Assembly: GCA_030167865.1 (NCBI GenBank)
Contig: JALAGF010001683.1
Coordinates: forward strand, 1 to 43,195
Direction of reading: 5' to 3'
DNA length: 43,195 bases
Source of the DNA: Craspedostauros australis
Lineage: Eukaryota
A program made the position numbers and the translations under genes. The notes under the pieces are model-generated. The model saw only the letters and a program-made list of their open reading frames with translations. It was not told the DNA's origin and made no database searches. This document shows positions 1 to 10,658 of this stretch, one piece after another. Position 1 is the first letter of the stretch, and each line of letters starts with the position of its first letter.

Positions 1-264
1 TGGTCATGTCTCAGGGGTTCCTTTCCGTGCGCCTGTCTTGCTTTTCTGACGTCATGGGATCTAAGGTAATGAGCTTTTACTTTTCGATTTCGATGTCATC
101 GACCACGATCCTGACAACAACACCAAAATCCTGGCAACGGTGTAACACAACAAGGAGGGTTGGGCACGAATCATGATTATTGTTTGTTCAATTACCACAA
201 CTGCAGCGATTATTATAGAACTAAGACATGAGTCATGTCGTGAGTCGAGATGGCCAGCGAAAAA

Positions 265-377
265 NNNNNNNNNNNNNNNNNNNNNNNNNNNNNNNNNNNN
301 NNNNNNNNNNNNNNNNNNNNNNNNNNNNNNNNNNNNNNNNNNNNNNNNNNNNNNNNNNNNNNNNNNNNNNNNNNNNN
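265..377. other. Assembly gap (N run)
   Basis: Run of N characters. Confidence 0.99.
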
Positions 378-439
378 CCAATTTGCGTGGGGACGCAAAC
401 TGAGCGTCCAATTTGCGTCCGGACGCAAGCTACGTAGGC
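378..439. repeat. 30-bp tandem unit containing a hairpin, abutting the gap
   Basis: CCAATTTGCGTGGGGACGCAAACTGAGCGT (378-407) is followed by CCAATTTGCGTCCGGACGCAAG (from 408). Each unit carries TTGCGT-N4-ACGCAA, and the second forms the perfect palindrome TTGCGTCCGGACGCAA (413-428). Confidence 0.75.
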
Positions 440-509
440 CAGTACCAGGCCAAAATCATTATGGATATCATATCATATCATGCCATACCATATCATGCTA
501 TACCAGGCC

Positions 510-1175
510 ATACCATAACAGAAGTCTTCCAGAAGGGAACGCATGGCGGAATTGAGTTGATGCGTAAAATTAGTAGTCAGAGTAGTATCCATTGTGTGAG
601 GAGGCAATCAATGATGCATCCAATGTTTCGCCTGGCATGTCTGTGATGTGTTGTTCTATGCACGATCGCATCGTTCGCAGCACAGCCTGGCTGGAACAAA
701 AGGCGTGATCTTCGAACAGCAGCAGGTTCGCGTCATCCGCTGTTGCATTGCTGATGACCATGACGCTGTGTTGTCTGTGATCCCGGTTGGTGTCCAGCAC
801 GTTCGTGTGCGGTATCATCAGACAGTGTGGCACAAAGACGGTGGTCTGGCCACCGCTGTCATCGTCGTTGTTGTCGCTGATCATACGGTTTTCCATGATG
901 TGGAAAGAGTTGTGTGAGAAAGGGATGCGGACTCCGCGGACTTCGTGCATCGATTGTAGTCCTCCACTACAACTTGACAGAGCGGGATGAACTGCTACTG
1001 TACCTTGTTGTTGCTGTGACAGCCTGTCGATGATATCGCGCAAGGCGCATGCCAGATACCGCACGGCTACCCATGCAGCTGACAAAGATGACGAACCAGG
1101 AGAGAAGTTCCCAATGACGAAGCAGGCGATTTCCTTGATTTTGTGGATCCAATGAGTGTTGCTGTTCCAAACCAC
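510..1175 (-). pseudogene. Degenerate SRR1-like fragment plus a downstream unknown exon fragment (copy 1)
   Basis: Translation EIACFVIGNFS...LACALR...TTVFVPHCL..HTNVLDTN..VMVISN resembles the SRR1 domain motifs (VCYGIGNF; TLFYMPHC..LY.NLL..NW; IGNS) with substitutions at conserved sites. Nucleotides are similar to 9121-9790. Confidence 0.55.
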
Positions 1176-1179
1176 ACTA

Positions 1180-1491
1180 GCGGCATCCTGGCACTTGTCA
1201 ATTGGGTGCGCGACAGAACAGACTGCTGCCTATCGTAGCTCTGATGGGCTTGTGGTTGGATAACTTGTGTTGCTATGGTCCATCCCAGGGCCATCAGCAC
1301 ACCGCCTTCGTTCCTCCTTCTTTGTGGGAGGAAACAACTATATTTGAAAGCTTCCGAAAAGCTTCACTTTAGCCACACCATGCGGATCTGAATCGGAATG
1401 AAAGTTGGAGTAACGCTCTGGATGATTTACGAAAGTCTCGTAGATGTTGTGGCGATTCATCTGAACAGCGCCGAAGGATTGCACCCAATTG
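1180..1491 (-). pseudogene. Trypsin-like protease gene fragment (paralog of 10659-12725)
   Basis: CATGCGGATCTGAATCGG, GATGTTGTGGCGATTCATCTGAA and CCATCC(C/A)AGGGCCATCAGC recur at ~12100-12465. The fragment encodes LMALGW and has deletions and frameshifts. Confidence 0.85.
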
Positions 1492-3160
1492 CTGTTCCAC
1501 GCTCGCCATCTGCGATTGCAGCAGAGCTTCGTCTACTGGTATCTGTTGGAGGCGGAATTGTGTGTGAAAGGGAACTCGCAATGCATGCTGCACCCTCTTG
1601 TGCTGGATTCTGAGTCAGTGATCACCTGTTGATGCTTCAGATCATGAATCTCGCTCTCCACCGCCCGCTCTTGGAGTCAATGTCCATCTGAGGGTCGAAC
1701 AGCGAGGATTCAGTTTCGGAGAGCTCGAGCTTCGTCGCTTCCAGGCCATTCCGTGATGACGCGCTGATGATTTGCAGAGGAACTCGAGCTTGCGGATCCT
1801 TCCTCTCCCATCTAGGCAGCAGATGTCATGTCATGCCATTGATCGTTTCCGCACCAGCTTGCGATCTTTGCATGACGTCGCTGAGCTGGGCCTGCAGATT
1901 CCGGATGGCCGCATCCAACTGCTCCAGCGCAGCCTGCTGATCTGCCAAGCTGCGTTCCAGAAATCCAACGTGGTTCTTCAAGTCGCTGGTCAGACCCATC
2001 TGCGTGTTCTGGCTCTGATTCTGGAGATAGGCCACGGCCTGGTCGAGCTGTCGCGACACCACTGCGAACCGATTCTCAAGAGCCTGGCATTCTCCAGCCA
2101 GCCTCTGCATCTTGGCGACTCCATCTGAGTCTCACTTGCGACCTTGCTCTCTTCGAGGTTGGCAAGGTCACATTGGAGACCTTCGATGATGTCATCCAGC
2201 ATTGCTTGCGACTGTCCAACATGATTCATTTGTTCACGCAGCTCGTTGCGCTCTTGGGTGCCTGTTTCGAGCTCTGTCGCAGACTGCAGGTCCAAGTTGG
2301 TCTGACGAAGAGCCTCCACTTCTTTGTCAGAACACCCATGCCAGCCCGTGACACAGCCTGAGCATGTCCCAACTCGATGATCGTGGCATCCCTCTCTTCA
2401 GTTGCATGCTGAAGCTTGACAATGAAATGTTCGCCAGAATTCATCTGCTCTCCTTGAGGTTGGCAAGGTCATGTTGCAGACCTTCGACAGTGCGATCCAG
2501 CATTGCTTGCGACTGTTCCACATGATTCATTTGCTCATGCAGCTCATTGCGCTTTTGGGTATCTGTTTCGAGTTCTGCATGTAGACTGCAAACCCAAGTT
2601 GATCTGACGAAGAGCCTCCACTTCTTTGTCAGGCAACCCACGCCGGACTGCAACACAGCCTGCGAATGTCCCAACTCAATGATTGCAGTGTCTCTCTCTC
2701 TCTTTGGTTGCATGTTGCAGCTCGATGACGCGATGCTCACCAGCATCTCTTCACTCTCAGCCAGCAAGACCTCGTTGTCTTTGTTGGTCCGTTCTTTGGC
2801 GTCAATGACTGCTTGCGGTTCGGTCTGAAATGCATCAAGGTGTGATCTGGCCTCCTGTAGGGCGGAGGCAAGATCGCTTCCATGGCCTGGATTGCATTGC
2901 TTGTGCAAGCGCGAGACTGTTTGATGCCTCCAACTTCATTCTCCGGTTGCTCCTTCGCCGCAAAAGTCGCTTGCTCCAAAGTACAAATCGTGGAAATCTT
3001 CTTCTTGGCATTGTTGGTCGTCACCTCCTTTGCCTCGAGCAGCTCCACAACGTGTTCCTTGAACTTGGTGGACTGCGGATGGAGCCAAGCGACCTTCAGG
3101 GCATGTTGGCTTGCGACAGTTGCTGCATCAGAAGCTTCTTGAAGTTGACTTGCATGTCCC
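1492..3160 (-). pseudogene. Frameshifted long coiled-coil protein gene
   Basis: Consecutive minus-strand ORF pieces in different frames (1826-2110, 1990-2319, 2441-2908) with heptad-like E/Q/L/A-rich sequence, e.g. LERSLADQQAALEQLDAAIRNLQAQL. Confidence 0.6.
2147..2705. repeat. Tandem duplication, ~300-bp period (2 copies)
   Basis: GAGGTTGGCAAGGTCA at 2155 and 2456. ATCCAGCATTGCTTGCGACTGT and TCTGACGAAGAGCCTCCACTTCTTTGTCAG occur in both copies. Confidence 0.95.
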
Positions 3161-3772
3161 CAATTGCTGTCTCCAACCCTCCCACAAGCTTCTTCCCTCC
3201 TGCATTCATGGCGATGAGGCTTTTCACACAGGGACAATTTTGTACCAAGGCTGATCGAGCAACCCGGACAGACTGGAGCAATGGTGCTTGTGGTTGGATG
3301 GATGGCCAAAGATGATGCTTGAGCGTTGTGAGCGGCCGGTCCAAGTTCGGCATCATTGAGTTTGCCGGTGTTGGACAGTGATGGACAGTGATGGACCTGG
3401 GCCATGGTTTGTTGCCACCATGGCATCATTCTTGCTGAAGTTGAAGCTGAGGTTGAAGCTGAAGATGAAGCCGTCAAGATCTGCTGCTGCGGAAGCCTCT
3501 CGATGTTGACTTGCACATCCCCATTTGGTGTCTCCAACCCTCCCACAAGCTTCTTCCCTCCTGTGTTCATAGCGGTGAGGCTTTTCGCACAGGGACAATC
3601 GTGTACCAAGGTTGATCGAGCAGCCCAGACAGACTGGAGCAATGGTGCTTGTGGTTGAATTGGTCTCTGAAGATGATGCTTGAGTGTTGTGAGCAGCATG
3701 TCCAGTCTGGCATTGTTGAGGTTGCTGGTGTTGGGCAGTGATGGATCTGTGCCATGGTGCGTTGCCACCATG
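3144..3772. repeat. Tandem duplication, ~360-bp period (2 copies)
   Basis: GTTGACTTGCA...TGTCTCCAACCCTCCCACAAGCTTCTTCCCTCCTG at ~3144 and ~3505. GACAGACTGGAGCAATGGTGCTTGTGGTTG occurs in both copies, and both end GTTGCCACCAT. Confidence 0.95.
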
Positions 3773-6700
3773 TTCATGTCCCTTTGTCAATATTGCTGCT
3801 GTTTCATGTAGTGTCCCCTTTGTGGCCCAGTGTGCATCCCATTGGCTGGATTGCTGATGTTTCATGTGGAATCCCCTTGTGTGTCCCCTTGGGACATTGT
3901 TCCTGCGTCTGTACCCATTTCAGCATTGCTGATATTTCATATTGCGACCATTGCTTCTTCCCTTCTGGATGGATGTCTCTGCATCCATACCCATTGGCAA
4001 CATTGCTGATATGTATGTGCTGTCGCATTGTTCAACCTTGTAAATTGCATGAAAATCGAGCTTGCCACTGAGTAGGTGGACACCCTGGTGGTGCTGGCAG
4101 CGATCATGTCAAGCATGCATTGACGAACAGATCGAAGCTGCTTGGGATCGTGCCATCATCATCGTCGTTGGCCACATTTTGTTATGTTGACTGGAGGCAT
4201 GAGATGCGCTAGCGAGAGTAAATGTGGAGGCGTCTTCTTGCTTTACTATCTTGCTGCTCTGCTGTCTCCATTCAGAACGTGGTTGACACTGATGATGTTC
4301 TTCCACCATCGAGAGCTTGATGGTGCCCATCACACTCCAATTCTTGCCATCAAGATCCAAGGTTCGGCCGAAATCTGTCGCTTGCGTTGCATTGTTGTAG
4401 CTGAAGTCGTCCATACCATCGTTGGATCCGTCCAACTCTTCCTCTAATGACAAACTGTCGATGGGTTGACTGATGGATTCATGGTGTGCCCTCCTATGTT
4501 CTGGACAGGTGTGTGATGGATGAGTGGCAACTTGAGAAGCTCCATTGTGACTGATCATCATCATCATCGTTGACAGCAACGTCCCCAAAGTCGTCGCCGC
4601 CATTGCCACCCAAGCCATCCTGCATGTCTCCATCGTCGAAGTCATTGCCACTGATGTTGATGTTGATGTTGGCATTACTGGAGCACTTGATGGGCTGAAG
4701 AAGCTCATCTTGCTTTGCCCGATCCGACTTGAATAGTGTATGGTGCGCTGAAAGTGAGGAATGGTCAGCCGATGCTGTGCCATAGGACCAAATGGAGAAT
4801 TATGGCAGGAATGCAGGGTGGAGCACATGTTCCCAATTGAATTCAATCTCTCTTCGCTTTATCAACTCTGCGTTGTTGTGCGTTGTTCCGCATTGTTGTG
4901 CGTGGGTTCGTGGTGTGTATCCGCATGCCACGGAGTGCTTAGCATCGTGGAGTGCTCAGCATCGCAGAGCGTGGTACTGTCTTCGGTGGAGTGCTCTCAG
5001 AGTCTCCATGTTGGTGAGCGTGGACGAAGGGATAGTGCCGACCTCCATCCACCCCAATCACTCGATCTTCGTCATTGTTGGCGCAAGATCGTGTTTTTGT
5101 GTCGCGGATGCCACTTCGCATCAGATTTCTCGATCGGCGAAATGGCCCGAACAGTGGGCTGAGCCAGTTGCATTCTCTTTTCCGCCCAATCTAACTTCGC
5201 CGAATGAGTGTTTTGGAAAGCTCACAACTAGAACAAGATCAACAATCCAGCATTCCAACATCCGAAGCTAGAATGCATCCGGGGCACCATACTCTGCTCT
5301 ACTTCACAGGTGCTCAGCGTCAATTGTTATCGCCATCAGCATCAGCATCGTTATAATAAGTGATGTTATCTTGCATGGAGCACTTCACACCGCTCTACTT
5401 TACTTCACCACTACGTCCGACTTCATTACCACCATCTCACTCTTCGTTGATCATGTTTGTTCTACTGCTGTTGTTGCTTGTTCATGATGGCGAGTGTTAT
5501 GTGAAGTGGATTGTCGGTTGGATGATGCCGACAACAATATCTTGCAGCGCAGGGGCGGCGTACCCATGGATCTGTTCGCCGAAGGCTCATCTTCCGTGCT
5601 GTCGTTCTACCATGCAACGCTCGGCTTCTTGCCTGGAGCGCACAAACTAAGAGCAAGAGGAGCTGTCACCGTTGTGCATACCACTGCTGCTGGAGGTACT
5701 CGTTGTGCGTTCGAAGTCTCGGTTCGACATCGCGCGCTGATGCAGCGGTGGAGGTGATTTCGGTGCGTCCAAGGGCGCGAAATCGTTCCTGGAGGCCGAA
5801 CATGATCTATCAGATGTCGAACGCGAGGTAAATCTCGAACGATGTGTAGCGGCATTAATCTTGCAGTGACGGATGCGGCTGGATGAGTTGAGTTCTGTGA
5901 CGATTGTGACGGCGAAAGCCGGTCGCTTTCGTTCCACTCGTTCGGTAGATCGATGTGGGCTCGCTGGCTGCTTGTCGACGAGCTGCTCATGATGCGGAAG
6001 ATGCTGATGTTCAAGGAGGCTGGAGATTTCTGGTTGTCCAACACATTTTGCATTCACAGCTTACATGGTAGTATTGTACGTAGTCGTAGCTATCTTGCTC
6101 ATCCCTCAAGGGGATCGTTTCAAGCATGTCCAGCGATGACTGATTGAACAAATACTCACCATTTCAGGCTACTTCATTCATGTTGGCAGCATTGTTGCGG
6201 TGAGCTATTGTAGTTGTAAACAATGGCGTGCACCGTTTGGAGCTGCTCGAGGGTGACTCCATGACTCCCATGAGGATAGTGAAGACAGAGGCGACCAAGG
6301 AAGAGAGGGGGGTGGCTTTGGAGGCTGTGGTGCCATCAGGACCAACGAGGGTGATCATTCCGTGAAGCACCAGAGTCCACCGAGCTGACGCTTGTCTCTC
6401 TCTTGCATCGTTTTTGGCCGATCATGCTGCTGCTGTTGGTGTTGCTCTTGTTTGTGATGTGGGTGCTGTGCATGATATTCATTGATTTGCTGAGTTGCTT
6501 GCATCTGAGTTGTTGGTGGTGCTGACGCAGATGCTGATTTGTGAGATGAGGACTGACAGGAACGAAGAGACTTGAGGATCTCGCACGATGAGGACGCCAC
6601 AAGATGGATGGGGATTCATCGCCAATGCTGAGAGTACCATCCATATACATGTGAACACCCTGGCACGATCGTTTGGATGTTGCGCAGGCGTTCGCCAAGA

Positions 6701-7701
6701 GAAATTGATCTTGTGCGGCATCTTCAGGGACGTCGCAGGTTCTCAACTGCTACAGCGTCTTCTGTTGTGGAGGGACCATGTTGTGTTGTGGTTGCAAGCA
6801 TCTGTGGATGCTGGTGCTCTTGTCTATCGATGGCTCATGGGACAACCACTGTGGCAATATGAGTGATCGAATGCTGGAGTATTGGCATATGGAAATGGGG
6901 GATCATCCTATCCCTCCATCATCAGGAGCGCCGATGACTCGCTGGTCAAACTTGTTGGGAACACGATCGTTCAATCCACCGCCTTCATGCGTACTTGTAG
7001 TAGTACAACGCATCGTGCATTTCCCATGTGTGGTTCTCAGACAACCATGTTGCCGATTGGACTCCTTGGGGGATATGCATACATCGTGACGTGCGATGGT
7101 TGCAATTGAGATTGTGATCATCTTGTTGCTCCCTCCGTCGCTTCATCGCTGTTGGCGTCATCATCACTTTCGTGGTTGTTTCGAGTTGACGATCAGAGAT
7201 CTCATTTGAACGCCTTTCTGACGTGTCCTTCTCATGAAAGAAGCTAATAAAGTACTTCATTGACACACAGAATTCGTGAAATTGGGAACGTCTCTGCACG
7301 CGCAAAAGTGGTGAAGCGAGAATCGACGATTCCCATTTGTGGTGTTCTCGTGTCCGCAACAGCGATGTTGTGGGGCGTGTCGTGTTTTGTTCCTTCTTCT
7401 CGTTGTTGTGTGCGCCAGTTCGCAGTCAGCAAAAGGAAGGATCTGCACTCTCCGGACAGCGCTGGTGCCCTCTCCCAAACCAGGGTGCGATCAAGAAGCA
7501 GACAAACAGAGAAACGAGGAGAGAAACGGGAGAACATTGAAACGAGGCAATCGCACACACCGCTCAACCCCACAATCGAACACATCAACAACAGACATGT
7601 CATGGGTAGCTCGAACTCCACACTTCCTCGACAGTCAATCCAACGCCAATCGTTCAACGTTCAACGTCAATCGTCCAGCAACCATCGACCATCCTCTCAA
7701 A

Positions 7702-8457
7702 ATGCCGAATGTTACGAACCAACAACTCATTGATGCTGCCGGGGCAGGTGACTTGTCGGTGTTGAAGAAATGGAAGAAACAGAACAAGACACAGAATGAA
7801 GGAGTTGATGTCAACAAGGTTACAAACTGGGGTGGTTGGACTCCCCTTCATTTGGCATGCCGCAACGGCCACCTGGAGTGTGTGGAGTACCTCATCGAAT
7901 CATGTGAGGCAAATATCAACTGCAAAACCAACCGTGGTTGGACTCCCCTTCATTGGGCATGCTACAGAGGCAAGCTGGAGTGTGTGAAGTACCTCATCGA
8001 ATCATGTGAGGCGAACATCAACTGCAAAGACAACAATGGAAACACTCCCCTTCATATTGCATGCTACTACGGCAAGCTGGAGTGTGTGAAGTACCTCATC
8101 GAATCAGGTGGGGCGAACATCAACTGCCAAAACAACAATGATCGGACTCCCCTTCATTATGCATGCCAGAACAGCATGCTGGAGTGTATCGAGTCCCTCA
8201 TCAGAGGACTTTCGCCTTCAGCTGACCCACAACTGCAACAACTGCAGCAACGCTTACAACAAAACGAGCAAGAGAATGAACAGCCACAAGAACAGTTGGG
8301 ACAGCAGTTGAAGCGAAAGAAGCAAGAGAATGAACACAAACACAGCAGCCACAAGAGGACCAACATCAACATTGGAGAAGATCGGCCATATCCTTCCAAA
8401 CTGGGAACAGGACAGACTCCATCTTCTTGTGTGGACAAGGCGACGAACAGCAACTAA
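7702..8457 (+). CDS. Ankyrin-repeat protein (N-cap plus four 34-aa repeats, Q-rich coiled tail); 3' end possibly disrupted
   Basis: LIDAAGAGDL cap followed by TPLH.AC..G.LECV.YLIE repeats. ACTCCCCTTCAT occurs at 7840, 7942, 8044 and 8146 (102-nt period). ATG at 7702 chosen as start. Confidence 0.85.
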   Translation: MPNVTNQQLIDAAGAGDLSVLKKWKKQNKTQNEGVDVNKVTNWGGWTPLHLACRNGHLECVEYLIESCEANINCKTNRGWTPLHWACYRGKLECVKYLIESCEANINCKDNNGNTPLHIACYYGKLECVKYLIESGGANINCQNNNDRTPLHYACQNSMLECIESLIRGLSPSADPQLQQLQQRLQQNEQENEQPQEQLGQQLKRKKQENEHKHSSHKRTNINIGEDRPYPSKLGTGQTPSSCVDKATNSN

Positions 8458-8459
8458 AC

Positions 8460-9089
8460 AAGGCAAGCTCTGAAGTTCTCATGATCATCGTCCCATCCAT
8501 TGAGACACTGATCGACAAAGGAACCCAACATCAATGCGTGAATGATGACGCTCACGATGGAACTGAACCCATGCAAGTAACCGTCTCTCTCCCCAACCTT
8601 CAACCCAAACACGTCTGATGCGTCCTCCCATACATCTACACAGGAGAGGTATCCTTTCACGACAGCGCTCGTGACAACGCTGCTGCTCACGTCGGCGCTC
8701 ACCACGATGCAGATGCCCTTCACCTGCCAACTCCCATCCTCGCTGGACAGGATGATCTGCAACAGCTGATCCTTGTGGCCAACGAGTTTGGCTTCTGGCG
8801 ACTCAAGCTTGTTCTTGAAGCGGAGGTGGCTCGCAAGCTGGTTCCACACCATCAACTGATGGGAGACATTCATGCCCTCCGCAGTGATGGAATGGAGAGT
8901 GATGGTATTGATGATGAACACAGTTGGACGTCCATGATGGAGTTGTACAAGACTGTGGGTGAAGACGAGGGGACCGCGCAAGTGAATTCATACATGGATC
9001 GGGCAACATTGGTGGACTTCGCCCGCTCTATGAATACCAAATCATCCAAAGTGATTGAGACGGACGGCCCTGCTGAAGAAGAGGAGTGA
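8460..9089 (+). pseudogene. BTB/POZ-like domain remnant
   Basis: One frame reads VLMIIVPSIETLI...VSLPNLQPKHV*CVLPYIYTGEV...QLILVANEFGFWRLKLVLEAEV. This matches the BTB hallmarks (LL.YIYTG; LL.AD.F...LK..CE) but has an in-frame TGA at 8616-8618. Confidence 0.7.
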
Positions 9090-9120
9090 ATTGCCAGACC
9101 ACACCATACCAAACCATACA

Positions 9121-10365
9121 TACCATAACAGAAGTCTTCGAGAAGCGGACGCATGGCGGAGTTGAGTTGATGGATAAAACTAGTCCTCAGAATAGTCATT
9201 AGGATAGTAACTGTGTGACTAGTGCGAGAGCAAGCAGTGATCCATTCATTCAATAGTGCGTCCGCCATGCCTTCACCGTCGCCTTTGGTGATGCGCACAG
9301 CATGTTGCTCCATGCATTCCTGTATCGTTCGCAGCACGGTCTGGCTGAACCGCGAAATACACATGATCTTCTGTTCATGAATTGCAGATGATCCCGGTTG
9401 GCGTGCGGCACGTTGCTGTTCGGGATCATTTGCCAATGTGACATGAAGAAGACGGTTCAGCCTCCGCTACCATCATCGTGATCGTCGTTGCAGATCATAT
9501 GGTTTCCGCGTTCGTTGGTGTCGATGATGTGAGCGGAGTTTTTGTGGGAAACGATGGTGGCCCTCACGGGCGTCATGCATGGCTTGTAGGAATCGAATCC
9601 AACTTGATGAAGTGGAGCGTACTGCAACAGTCAGCTTGTTGTTGTTGTTGGTGGTGGTGGTGGTGCATGATGCCACGCAGGGCACAAGCGTATGTCAGCT
9701 GCTGCATGGTTTTCGATATGGCGGACAAAGATGATGAGCAATGGGAGAAGTTGCCGATGTCATTGCACACGATTTCAGTAATGGTGGATGGGACGACAAA
9801 GTGCCTCTGTCTTATCATTTGCGATTCGTGGCGGAGACGCATCTCTTTGAGCATCGGTATGAACAAGCGTGGCTGGTTGTGGCGCGTGTAGTGGTAACTG
9901 AGGAACAACCCCGAACTGATGGCTCTGCAGGTCTCGGAAGAAGTCGCTGCGTCCGATCTCACGGATGCACCCGTCCAACATGTGCTGAATCTCCGTTTCC
10001 GACAACGTATCGGACGTTTTATATGAGTGCACGCTGCTGCTAATGACTTGAATCCAGACCGCACCATGGGCCATAACATGCCTTGCCGTTGCTATTGGCT
10101 CTGTTGTTGGCGCTGCGAATGCTCATGTCCCAAGCTCTCCTCTACTCCAGAGCAATTGATTTGATATCTTCCTTTCTGACGTCGCTGAGCGATGCGACAC
10201 AGTTGAGATCGCTGTTCGTCACCGCTTGTCATTCATCATCATCAGCGTCATCATCAGCGTCGTCTCTTGCTATGGTCGCCTTCGTTGATTCTGGTGGGCG
10301 TGCCGCGTTTCGCGCAACCGCCGCTTGCTTGATTGCTTCATTTCTTTGTTGCCTGATGGACATTG
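9121..10365 (-). pseudogene. Degenerate SRR1-like gene plus a downstream unknown exon fragment (copy 2)
   Basis: Pieces in shifting frames: DDDE*QAVT; IQHMLDGCIREIGRSDFFRDLQS; TEIVCNDIGNFSHCSSSLSA...ACAL; then SQTVLRTIQECMEQH...LNSAMRPLLEDFCY ending at a GTATGT donor-like site. Contains stops and frameshifts. Confidence 0.55.
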
Positions 10366-10658
10366 TGTCAGTGTTGGCTGAGAACTGGCTCGAAGCAAAC
10401 GCAGTGACGTACTCCGTTTGATCTCTGTGTCAGGAGACAGGAAGTCATCCGACATGCTCAATGGCACACATTCGAGTGGTTGGTGTGTCGGCATAGTTGT
10501 ATTATGTGCTGTTACTCTGCTCCATCAAAATTGCCACGCCAATGAACGGAATTGGCATTGCCTGCATCCAATGTAATCTCTTAGCACTGGAACTGCATCT
10601 CATCACCAAGCTGGGGATGGTGTGATGTTGTTTGGCTGCAGCACATGTGCGTCCATGA

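Noticed and set aside
378-430. CRISPR-like palindromic repeat
   Set aside because: Only two adjacent units with no spacer-length unique sequence, no cas genes, and a eukaryotic context.
4109-7300. Many 60-245 aa ORFs on both strands
   Set aside because: No recognisable domains, and frequent stops or frame changes. Probably decayed gene fragments, but I cannot assign them.
8616-8618. In-frame TGA next to Cys (V*C) as a possible second selenocysteine
   Set aside because: It lies in a BTB-like remnant, not a redox fold. No SECIS-like structure was noticed downstream, and surrounding decay suggests a nonsense mutation.
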